Shown here in pieces: positions 46,675 through 57,226 of a stretch of DNA of 64,000 bases. How positions within the stretch are numbered: position 1 is the first letter of the stretch; each line of letters begins with the position of its first letter. The notes beneath the pieces were generated by a model. The model was given only the letters and a program-made list of their open reading frames with translations, did no database searches and was not told the origin of the DNA. The translations under genes and the position numbers were made by a program. The stretch is taken from contig CM106585.1 of NCBI GenBank assembly GCA_048013815.1, positions 20,026,001-20,090,000 on the forward strand, read 5' to 3'. This stretch comes from Setoptus koraiensis (Eukaryota; Animalia; Arthropoda).

Positions 46675-48915
46675 ATGGAATCTCACAATGATGTCATCAG
46701 ATCTTTGAACGAGGACACATCCAGGTTCATCGCGGCAGGAGAGAAAATTGGCGACATCGAAGCGGCCGTTAGAGAACTCGTGGAAAATTCCATCGATGCA
46801 TTAGCCACGAAAATTGAGATACGTCTACGCGATTTTGGAACAAGTCTGATCGAGGTGGAAGATGATGGCGTTGGCGTCAAAGAATCAGACTTTGACAATC
46901 TAGCATCACGCTATTGCACATCAAAAATTTCAAATTTAGACAGCTTGAAAGCTCTTACAACTTTTGGATTTAGGGGTGAGGCTCTCAGTTGTCTGTGTGC
47001 CTCCGCCGATGTTACAATCGTCACTAGAAACAACGATGCACCTACTGGAACAAAGTTAGAATTTAATGAACGAGGACAGGTAAAAAAGAAAACTGTCACA
47101 GCACGAGATAGAGGTACAACTGTGAGCGTCAAACAACTATTCAAGCTAATGCCAGCCAGACGCAAGGATCTGGAGAAAAACGCCAAAAAACAATACGACA
47201 AAATAGTCAGATTAGTCCATGAGCATATTCTAGCTAGGCCACACATTAGATTTACATTGTGCAAATTAGATGGCATGAGAAAAGAGAAAGACTTTGTGCA
47301 TGGAGGCACAACGCTAGAAACTTGCCTCATTGGGATGTTTGGAATTAAAACTATGAATACACTAGTACCTTTTAAACAATCGATTGTAAAGAATGAAACG
47401 CAAAGTTCTCAGACATTCAAAACTTCTATAGCCAAATTCAAATATGACGACTCGGAGTCTGCCAATAAAAAAACTGCTGTTGATACGCCAATATTCCAAA
47501 TTTCCGGTTACATATCAAAATCCGATCTTTCATCAGGACGAAGCTCAAAAGATGGCCAGTATTTGTTCGTTAACAGAAAACCATGTGATCTACCCAAACT
47601 TAACAAGACTATTAACGAAGTGTACAAGAGTTATAATAAGAGTCAGTTCCCGTTCTTCTGTCTCTTCGTGACAGTGCAAGAATGGGCTGTTGACTTTAAC
47701 GTCCCAAGAAAGAGGGCTATTATACTAGTTAACGATAATGGTTTATGCGACATAGTGAAATCATCTTTAGATGGAATGTATGTAAGACCTAATCTTTCTA
47801 AAATAGGTGACATAGAGTCAAAAGCAAAAATGAGTTGTAGCCTTGTTGGATTAGAAAAGACAGAGGCACAAAAGTTTGTTGCGGAAGAGGATCCATCTGT
47901 AACCGATTGTCGGATCGCGATGGCGGAGGATGAACCATCTGCAACCGACCGTCGGATCGCCACAGCGAAATGTCCAGCTTCTTCAAACCCTGATTTCAAC
48001 GCGATAGCGGAAGAGGTACCAACTGCAACCGACCGCCGAATCGCCAAGGCGAAATGTCCGGCTTCTTCAAACCCTGATCTCAACGCAATAGCGCAGGATG
48101 AACCATCTGCAACCGACTGTCGGATCGCTACAGCGAAATGTCCTCCTTCTTCAAACCCTGATTTCAACGCGATAGCGGAAGAGGAACCACCTGCAACCGA
48201 CCGCCGAATCGCCAAGGCGAAATTTTCGGCTTCTATTAACCCCGACTTCAACGCGATAGCGGAAGATGAACTAAAAGCTAGTTTAAACAAGGATTCTTTT
48301 GAAAAGATGGTAATAATTGGACAATTCAACAAGGGATTCATCATAACTAAACTCGATGATCATTTATTTATCATAGATCAACATGCCAGCGACGAACGAT
48401 ATAATTATGAAGATCAATTATCTAACCCGCCGATTGTGAGGCAACCATTGGTTCACCCTAAACCTCTTTTTCTGAACTCAATGCAAGAGAAAATTCTTGA
48501 GGAGCACAAAGATCTATTTGAAAGAAAAGGATTTTCTTATAAGATTGACATGAACAAGTTGCCTGGAACTCGCGTTTCATTGACCTCCACTTCAATATGC
48601 AAAGGCACCAAGCACGATATTTATTTGGGCAAGGAGGATATTGAAGAATTAATAGGAGTTATATTGGAATCCCCCAATAGGGCAGAGGACTATACCTTAA
48701 CTAAAGTGGAAACATTATCCGCAAGCAGGGCCTGCCGCAAATCTGTAATGATTGGTTCTTCGCTGGATCACAACCAAATGAAGGAGATAGTGGTGAGAAT
48801 GGGCACATTGAAGAACCCTTGGATTTGCGCCCACGGCAGGCCCACTATTCGGCACCTATTTAATTCAAGCTGGCTGATCAAGGACGAAGCCAATCCGGCA
48901 GCACCGAGCGCTTGA
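46675..48915 (+). CDS. PMS2: Mismatch-repair endonuclease PMS2 (MutL-alpha subunit), intronless, 746 aa
   Basis: GHKL ATPase motifs ELVENSIDA and TFGFRGEALS. C-terminal IIGQFNKGFII, DQHASDERYNYE (DQHAx2Ex4E), SRACRKSVMIG and CAHGRPT. Confidence 0.96.
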   Translation: MESHNDVIRSLNEDTSRFIAAGEKIGDIEAAVRELVENSIDALATKIEIRLRDFGTSLIEVEDDGVGVKESDFDNLASRYCTSKISNLDSLKALTTFGFRGEALSCLCASADVTIVTRNNDAPTGTKLEFNERGQVKKKTVTARDRGTTVSVKQLFKLMPARRKDLEKNAKKQYDKIVRLVHEHILARPHIRFTLCKLDGMRKEKDFVHGGTTLETCLIGMFGIKTMNTLVPFKQSIVKNETQSSQTFKTSIAKFKYDDSESANKKTAVDTPIFQISGYISKSDLSSGRSSKDGQYLFVNRKPCDLPKLNKTINEVYKSYNKSQFPFFCLFVTVQEWAVDFNVPRKRAIILVNDNGLCDIVKSSLDGMYVRPNLSKIGDIESKAKMSCSLVGLEKTEAQKFVAEEDPSVTDCRIAMAEDEPSATDRRIATAKCPASSNPDFNAIAEEVPTATDRRIAKAKCPASSNPDLNAIAQDEPSATDCRIATAKCPPSSNPDFNAIAEEEPPATDRRIAKAKFSASINPDFNAIAEDELKASLNKDSFEKMVIIGQFNKGFIITKLDDHLFIIDQHASDERYNYEDQLSNPPIVRQPLVHPKPLFLNSMQEKILEEHKDLFERKGFSYKIDMNKLPGTRVSLTSTSICKGTKHDIYLGKEDIEELIGVILESPNRAEDYTLTKVETLSASRACRKSVMIGSSLDHNQMKEIVVRMGTLKNPWICAHGRPTIRHLFNSSWLIKDEANPAAPSA
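47881..48272 (+). repeat. In-frame 84-bp (28-aa) tandem repeat x4 plus partial units inside the PMS2 linker
   Basis: Units start at 47923, 48007, 48091 and 48175, e.g. AEDEPSATDRRIATAKCPASSNPDFNAI; a half unit at 47881 and AEDEL at 48259. Confidence 0.95.
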
Positions 48916-49991
48916 TGGCGCGTGATCATTTGAGTTGTCGTAGTAAAAAATTAGTGAGAGAAAGAGAGAGGAAGGGTAACTTATAGAAACGGTATATTGA
49001 CGTCATTAATAAAAAATGTGGTGTCTTTTTGAACTGTTGAAATAGTGAGATGAGAATTTTATCCAAACGATGGCGCCACACACCAGTTTGAAAATGTTCG
49101 GCGTCATCGACCGGTGTGCGCATGATCAGTGACAATGAATGGGGGAAAATGAAAATGTTAGCGAATTTTGCCATTTTGGAATGGCAATGCCATTGAATAG
49201 CTGATGCGCAAACGCATAGACGCACGCGGGCAAGGGGGTTGAATTGTCAGTATGGTGGGGGGATGGCGAGGGGAAAACCAGTTCGATGGCTTGTTTGGTG
49301 CATGCAGCGAACTGTAAATTAAAATGTTGGCGTGACAGACGGGCAAGCAGATCGAACGATGGAATAAAGTTGTGTGTTATGCGCGAGAGAACATTTGGCT
49401 AGTGAGCACGGAGCAGCGAACATCGCGGCCGCCTTTACACCACCTAAACGAGAGATATTCGTTCGTTTGTGTATTACGTTCGTCGTCTACCTATCCCTGC
49501 GTTACCTCTTTACACAATCTTTATCCAATCGAATTTCTCTATCATCGCTATCACTATTATTATTATTATTGATACTATTATTAATTATTACTCATTAATT
49601 ATTGTTAAATCGTCATTATTGAATCATTATTACATCATCATCGACATCACAGCACGCACACACACACACATACACATACACAGAATAATTATTACTAGAT
49701 GACTAAACAGACACAAGCCTTTGATTCTCGTGCTCTTACTATGATGACATCTCACACTAACAGATTTTATACTCACACCAAATGTGTGCGGTGAGCACAG
49801 TTTGTTGGAGCAAATTGCAAAAACACACAGTCAGCATGCACTTCAGCACCTCTATTATGCCTCTGCTCACATCACCACGCACCACGCGGTGACTATTTTA
49901 GGATGGAGCCTCAAACAAGCCCCAATTCACAAACCTCATTGGCGCATCCGCCGAAGCTAGTTAACAACAAGCTACCAGTACTGACACAAAC

Positions 49992-50570
49992 CTACAACAA
50001 CATCTGGATGATACAGCAACTATGCAGACACAACCAAACCCAACAACAAATCCAACAACAGTCTACACAAATAATAGATCGCAGCCAACTGGTAATAGAT
50101 ACTCCTGACCACAACCATGCAATAATATTCATGTGACTACCAATCGTTGGAGCGAGTCCACCCAGGCAGTGTGAACGTCGCTCCAACGATTTGGTATTGT
50201 GACAGCATAAATTTATGGCATTGTTGGCGTTATTATTATTATTACCATTGCTGCTATTATTATTTGTGTAGCTGTTGTTGTTGTTGTTGTTGTTTTGTTG
50301 TTGCTGCAAGTTGCTGTATAAATCCTGATTGTTGTTGTTGTTTGTGGTATTACTGTTATTGTTGTTATTATTCGATGGCGCCAATGAGTTGTTGTTGTCT
50401 TGTTGTTGCTCCAATCCTAAAATAGTCACCTGGCTTGGCTGGTGGTGATGGTGAGCAGTGGCATAATAATGGTGCTGATGCTGCTGATGGTTGCCCCCAA
50501 TTTGCTCCAACAAACTGTGCTCACCGGCACTATTTGGTGTGTATAAAATCTGTTGTTGAGATGTCATCAT
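49992..50570 (-). CDS. Hypothetical 192-aa Q/H/N-rich ORF starting in the right palindrome arm and crossing the spacer
   Basis: MMTSQQQILYTPNSAGEHSLLEQIG...; the mirror copy at 49741 begins MMTS but shifts frame while still encoding GEHSLLEQI...VTILG. No known domain recognised. Confidence 0.3.
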   Translation of the reverse strand: MMTSQQQILYTPNSAGEHSLLEQIGGNHQQHQHHYYATAHHHHQPSQVTILGLEQQQDNNNSLAPSNNNNNNSNTTNNNNNQDLYSNLQQQQNNNNNNNSYTNNNSSNGNNNNNANNAINLCCHNTKSLERRSHCLGGLAPTIGSHMNIIAWLWSGVSITSWLRSIICVDCCWICCWVWLCLHSCCIIQMLL

Positions 50571-51390
50571 AGTAAGAGCACGAGATTCATTGGCTTGTGT
50601 TGTTTGTCATCTAGTAATAATTATTCTGTGTATGTGTGTGTGTGTGCGTGCTGTGATGTCGATGATGATGTAATAATGATTCAATAATGACGATTTAACA
50701 ATAATTAATGAGTAATAATTAATAATAGTATCAATAATAATAATAATAATAGTGATAGCGATGATAGAGAAATTCGATTGGATAAAGATTGTGTAAAGAG
50801 GTAACGCAGGGATAGGTAGACGACGAACGTAATACACAAACGAACGAATATCTCTCGTTTAGGTGGTGTAAAGGCGGCCGCGATGTTCGCTGCTCCGTGC
50901 TCACTAGCCAAATGTTCTCTCGCGCATAACACACAACTTTATTCCATCGTTCGATCTGCTTGCCCGTCTGTCACGCCAACATTTTAATTTACAGTTCGCT
51001 GCATGCACCAAACAAGCCATCGAACTGGTTTTCCCCTCGCCATACCCCCACCATACTGACAATTCAACCCCCTTGCCCGCGTGCGTCTATGCGTTTGCGC
51101 ATCAGCTATTCAATGGCATTGCCATTCCAAAATGGCAAAATTCGCTAACATTTTCATTTTCCCCCATTCATTGTCACTGATCATGCGCACACCGGTCGAT
51201 GACGCCGAATATTTTCAAACTGGTGTGTGGCGCCATCGTTTGGATAAAATTCTCATCTCACTATTTCAACAGTTCAAAAAGACACCACATTTTTTATTAA
51301 TGACGTCAATATACCGTTTCTATAAGTTACCCTTCCTCTCTCTTTCTCTCACTAATTTTTTACTACGACAACTCAAATGATCACGCGCCA

Positions 51391-52499
51391 TCAAGCGCTC
51401 GGTGCTGCCGGATTGGCTTCGTCCTTGATCAGCCAGCTTGAATTAAATAGGTGCCGAATAGTGGGCCTGCCGTGGGCGCAAATCCAAGGGTTCTTCAATG
51501 TGCCCATTCTCACCACTATCTCCTTCATTTGGTTGTGATCCAGCGAAGAACCAATCATTACAGATTTGCGGCAGGCCCTGCTTGCGGATAATGTTTCCAC
51601 TTTAGTTAAGGTATAGTCCTCTGCCCTATTGGGGGATTCCAATATAACTCCTATTAATTCTTCAATATCCTCCTTGCCCAAATAAATATCGTGCTTGGTG
51701 CCTTTGCATATTGAAGTGGAGGTCAATGAAACGCGAGTTCCAGGCAACTTGTTCATGTCAATCTTATAAGAAAATCCTTTTCTTTCAAATAGATCTTTGT
51801 GCTCCTCAAGAATTTTCTCTTGCATTGAGTTCAGAAAAAGAGGTTTAGGGTGAACCAATGGTTGCCTCACAATCGGCGGGTTAGATAATTGATCTTCATA
51901 ATTATATCGTTCGTCGCTGGCATGTTGATCTATGATAAATAAATGATCATCGAGTTTAGTTATGATGAATCCCTTGTTGAATTGTCCAATTATTACCATC
52001 TTTTCAAAAGAATCCTTGTTTAAACTAGCTTTTAGTTCATCTTCCGCTATCGCGTTGAAGTCGGGGTTAATAGAAGCCGAAAATTTCGCCTTGGCGATTC
52101 GGCGGTCGGTTGCAGGTGGTTCCTCTTCCGCTATCGCGTTGAAATCAGGGTTTGAAGAAGGAGGACATTTCGCTGTGGCGATCCGACAGTCGGTTGCGAT
52201 GGTTCATCCTGCGCTATCGCGTTGAATTCCGGGTTTTTAGAAGCCGCAAATTTCGCCTTGGCGATTCGGCGGTCGGTTGCAGTTGGTACCTCTTCCGCTA
52301 TCGCGTTGAAATCAGGGTTTGAAGAAGCTGGACATTTCGCTGTGGCGATCCGACGGTCGGTTGCAGATGGTTCATCCTCCGCCATCGCGATCCGACAATC
52401 GGTTACAGATGGATCCTCTTCCGCAACAAACTTTTGTGCCTCTGTTTTTTCTAATCCAACAAGGCTACAACTCATTTTTGCTTTTGACTCTATGTCACC
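51391..52499 (-). pseudogene. PMS2: Second, partial PMS2 copy (3' half) with a 1-bp deletion frameshift; 5' end lost in the assembly gap
   Basis: The C-terminal 202 aa are identical to copy 1. One base is missing between 52197 and 52198 (ccatc-gcaacc vs ccatctgcaacc), giving a stop at 52131. Repeat unit 2 differs (KFAASKNPEF vs KCPASSNPDL). Confidence 0.75.
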
Positions 52500-52999
52500 N
52501 NNNNNNNNNNNNNNNNNNNNNNNNNNNNNNNNNNNNNNNNNNNNNNNNNNNNNNNNNNNNNNNNNNNNNNNNNNNNNNNNNNNNNNNNNNNNNNNNNNNN
52601 NNNNNNNNNNNNNNNNNNNNNNNNNNNNNNNNNNNNNNNNNNNNNNNNNNNNNNNNNNNNNNNNNNNNNNNNNNNNNNNNNNNNNNNNNNNNNNNNNNNN
52701 NNNNNNNNNNNNNNNNNNNNNNNNNNNNNNNNNNNNNNNNNNNNNNNNNNNNNNNNNNNNNNNNNNNNNNNNNNNNNNNNNNNNNNNNNNNNNNNNNNNN
52801 NNNNNNNNNNNNNNNNNNNNNNNNNNNNNNNNNNNNNNNNNNNNNNNNNNNNNNNNNNNNNNNNNNNNNNNNNNNNNNNNNNNNNNNNNNNNNNNNNNNN
52901 NNNNNNNNNNNNNNNNNNNNNNNNNNNNNNNNNNNNNNNNNNNNNNNNNNNNNNNNNNNNNNNNNNNNNNNNNNNNNNNNNNNNNNNNNNNNNNNNNNN
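52500..52999. other. Assembly gap (500 N)
   Basis: Run of N. Confidence 1.
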
Positions 53000-53059
53000 C
53001 GTCACGGCGACGAGCTCGCCTCTATGATGGCCACAATATATTGTTGAACGGGAGCCCCA

Positions 53060-55799
53060 TTATTGCGACGCCTTGCCGTTCATGGGCTCACCAAAGAAGA
53101 GATGATTGTGGTGTGCGTTTTTCGTCGGTTTCTCTTGCTCATTAACCACTTTATCTGCGCTTGTGACTAGTAGGGGCGATGCAAGTAACAAATTGCACAA
53201 CTCAATCATTGGATACTCAAACAAAATATAAGCGAGGCACGCTAATAAAGCACAACCTGCGTATATGAACAATACCTGGCTGACCATCACTGGCCACGAG
53301 AACGCTAGAATGTGTTCAGTGGACATTAGCAGATATAATATAAAATGCCAATTGTATAAGCTGACGCCATAGTTCAATTTGGCCAATGTTGTCCAGATGG
53401 GACGCCGGATAAATTTATCCCATTTTTTGTGCTCGGTTGTGCACATTTCCATCAGAACGGAACCATATACTAGCAAGAGGAGAGTTCGAAAGTGAGTGAA
53501 AATTAAATTTACCAGCAGTTTGAGCCAAGGGCCCAGATATCCATCTGGGCCGTCTAATGTGGAGGCGTAAAAGGTGCATAGATGGACGACGGGATAAAGA
53601 TAGATGCCAACTCTGTTGAAATTAATCATCCATTCGGGCCATCGCTCAATCACTCGCTCGTCGTACAGATATAGAATGTAGCCCAATATTAGGCCACCGA
53701 TACAAATATTCAATCTGTACTGGGGCATATAATAGGCATAGGTGGCGAACTTGAACGAAGTGAACAGTCCGCTGAGCCTAACTTTTGAGGTTTCCATCAG
53801 CGAGCCGCCCAGCTCGTCGTAAACAATATACTGAAAGTGGGTGGCCATCGCAATGACGATCACATACATCACAAGCGCTGTCTTCCGGGCCCTTCGTTGG
53901 TCGTCGAAGACATCGTATAAACAAATGAGATGATATTAATGAATGATCAATTATTGGTGTGCGCTAGGACTGAGTCCAAAACTCTATGTACAACACTCAC
54001 CTGGCCAGGAAATAAATCAGAGGAACGGCCACCAGGCTAAACTGTAAATCTATGGAGCTGGTCCAAAACGGTATGATGCACTGCTTGTTTATGTCTCTGG
54101 TGTTCAATAGCGACGAAAACATGGTCCACCAGGTCTCCTGTTTGCACTCTAGCGACATCAGCCCCTTCGAGGTTCCGTAGTCCCAAAGAGGCCCGCTACC
54201 AACAAACACGTACAGATATTTGACAAACCAAAGAACAAGTATATACAGAGGCAAAAAGCGAGCGTAACGCCGTATAGAGAATTTCGCACTCAATCTGGCA
54301 ACATCCGTCAGGGGCATAGCTCGAATGATCGTGTTGACGCTCTTATTTGCTGCACAATGGCAGCTTTGGTGACCGGAAGCAGATCCTAATTGCATATCAG
54401 GTGATGTTTGGCTGCAAATACATTCGTTCTGAATAGTTGAAGTCCATTTTTTTAAATTTGTAAACGAGATTAATGTGCTGGAGATGAGCAGAAAAGCGTC
54501 TACTGCTGATAGATACACTACTAATGACAATGTTCTTGCATCGCTATCCACTCGCTTAAATGTCTCCAAACGATCCGTCGTGATCACTGTCGAGAACCAC
54601 AAATAGTGTAAAGCCACCTCCACTAGCATAACACACACTTTGATTATGTTGAAAATGTCGAAATTGATCCTTTTGACTAGCTGCTTCTGCTTTTGTTGAG
54701 GCTGCGGAAACAAATTATTGATCGCTCTCCGGATGCTGAGCGCCTTAGATAATTGATGGAATTTCGTCTTTGATAACGACAGTGCGAGCGGCGAACCCCC
54801 ATCCGTTCTATCGTCCAGTGCGAATTTCATTGATTTCATTTGTTTCTCGTACAAAAAATTTGACAATATCATGATTGTTATCCACAGCGCAATGAACGTC
54901 ACAAACACATAAAACGTCCAATCATATTTACGCAGAGGACTCCTCTCATCGGGCAAGCAGTAGATGCTCTCCAAATGTATTCGTCGATGAAAGAATCCCT
55001 CTGGTATGTTGTGCAACATCAACCTATTAAGTTGTTGTAAATAATTGTTACCTAAACTTGTATCACATGTTTCTGGCAGACACAATGCAACATTGACATA
55101 GGGCTCGTTAGTGCGATTGAAACGTGACGGTAATCGCATCTCGGACCACATGTCCAGCTTAGCATTGCCCATACAATATCTCATCTTGATATCGTTGGGC
55201 GCTCTCACTTGTTTATCCTCATCTCGACTAATGGCATCTATTCGACTGTTGATGCACTGACTGTAGGCGCCCAAAAACATGTTGTTGCCATAATTGACGC
55301 CATTGTCCGGCTTGCCGAACGAATCCAAATAGTTGGCCAGCTGAAATTTCCATTTGGGCTCGATGTGAATGTCCTGTCGGCTGAAACTGGCGCCCTCATC
55401 CTTGGAGTACCTGTCAAACAGATCAAAAATTGTGTTGAGGTCCCGACGACAATCGGCATCGTTCGCCACGGGTTGACCGCTGACATTGAGATTATATTGG
55501 TCGAGTTGTAGGTCGCCACTGTTGTATTCGTAGATGCCAGCAAATTCCCAAAATCTCATATAGTTCGCAGTGTACACAGAGCCCAAATATCTGCTCTCTG
55601 GATTGGCATAATGATCAACAAGTCGGCCTCCCGTTTCATCCAACAATTCAACATCGTAATTCTCTTCCATGGTGACCGTAAATGTTAATTGATGGTCTTG
55701 CAACAGATCGGCTCGCACACCGTCTAGACCGACGCTCGATAGTAGCAGCAGTAGTTTCAGGATGACAATTTTCGTTTTTATCCAATCGCACTCACTCAT
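53060..55799 (-). CDS. Nose-resistant-to-fluoxetine-6 (NRF-6)/acyltransferase-3 family membrane protein, copy 1; join(55799..54001,53891..53060), 876 aa
   Basis: Signal peptide, then NRF domain (LDSFGKPDNGVNYGNNMFLGAYSQC...YC...LCLPETC) and AT3 features (KX10H, AVDAFLLIS, RRYARFLPLY, GSGPLW, WTSSIDLQF, LAKLNYG). 109-bp phase-2 intron GTGAGT...CGAAG. Confidence 0.88.
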
Positions 55800-57226
55800 C
55801 TTGTTTTCGCCGCTGGCAACCTGAGTCGATTAATTGTAGCAATCCAAATACTTATCTACTTATTGATTGATTGCGCTTGCTTGCTATATATTTTTGGATG
55901 ATTAACTATTTGGTGACTCTCGCTATTTGTTGTTGCCAGTTTTTGCGAGCGTCAACTTTTTTCGCGCTACGTGTTTCGACAAGTTATCGTGAACTGATGC
56001 GACCAGTTACCGAGGTGCATTACGTTTATAATTGCCTCGTTACTGAATAATTTTCACTCAAAATTCACTGGTTTTGTACCAGTACTAGTACCAGATGTTG
56101 TGTGTGCGTTCATACACCATAGCCATTGCTTCCGGCAGCAGATTCGCTCATTTTACCCCGTTTAGTCACTTTTTGATCGACGGCGAACGAGCCTTTCGTC
56201 GTGCAAAACAAAGTCAACGCAACTATCAGATGAAAGTTGTTCTATTTGACACAAACTTAACTATCATCTTGTGACCCTCACATGACCTGGCAGTAGCAAT
56301 TGATAGTGGCCTTGCAAAAGCATAAACTGGCCTAACAAGTGCTCCGGTATAAACTCATCGGTTTAAACCACTTTCTGCCAGAGTGTTAGCCATTCCCACC
56401 GGAACAACGGAAGCCTAACGAACGAATTGTGGCGTCTTTATCTCTATCATCGATCTATCCATGAAAGAGCGGCATTCTCTTTCCATTCGGCCGATGTTTG
56501 GACTGTCGTTGAGTTCATGTTTTTGTTGCTTAAACTTGTTTGAAAATGAATATTTCCACTCTAGGATTCATCCGAATTATCGAGTATTTAATATTTTTCA
56601 ATCGGTACACTTGCTACAAATACCTGAATTTACTCTCATCTTTCTATATTCCTCATGCAGACATAGTAAACAATTTAGATCTCCATCATTTGAGAAACGA
56701 GTTTGAGCGTGAAGATTTGCATTTCGCTAAGATGACCTCGATTGTCAGATGGAGTGCGGAGAATCGCTTACTTTGTAGTACATAGATTGTACAGCTCACT
56801 GCCTGTTGCTCTCAAGAACGAGTTTCCCAACGATATTGTTACGTCATCGACAGTAAAACTCAATCAACCTGTTCAGCTTTCTAACTCTCTCTTCCTGCCG
56901 CAAAACGAAGTGCAACTGACTGATGAAAGATCAATGATTCCAAGAAGTTTAATGAGGTGACAGAGGTAATGTTCACGTGGTTGAGGTTACGCAAGATTGA
57001 GCTTTGCTTGGACTATTGATTTCTCAAATTTCAATTTCTCGCTCCATATGAAATATTAGACAAACATATTACAGCGCAACTCTGATATAGATTAGTGTTT
57101 ATTTAGCAGTGTATGTTATATGAATGTCTAATACAATCGATGCAAGAGTCTGCTTCGACACCAAATCGTCACGGCGACGAGCTCGCCTCTATGATGGCCA
57201 CAATATATTGTTGAACGGGAGCCCAA

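Larger units (their letters stand above)
47806..52499. repeat. Tail-to-tail inverted duplication: visible arms 47806-49903 and 50413-52499, spacer about 49904-50412
   Basis: 52471-52499 is the reverse complement of about 47806-47834. The arms differ only by scattered SNPs and microsatellite length up to 49703/50606, then show looser similarity up to GTGACTATTTTAGGAT (about 49888-49903 vs 50413-50428). Confidence 0.95.

Noticed and set aside
47643-48344. 233-aa antisense ORF over the PMS2 repeat (and its mirror at 51962-52499)
   Set aside because: Shadow of the in-frame 84-bp repeat on the opposite strand.
52222-53145. ORFs spanning the N run
   Set aside because: Artefacts of translating through the assembly gap.
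56540-56960. Two short plus-strand ORFs between the NRF-6 copies
   Set aside because: No recognisable homology or signal features.
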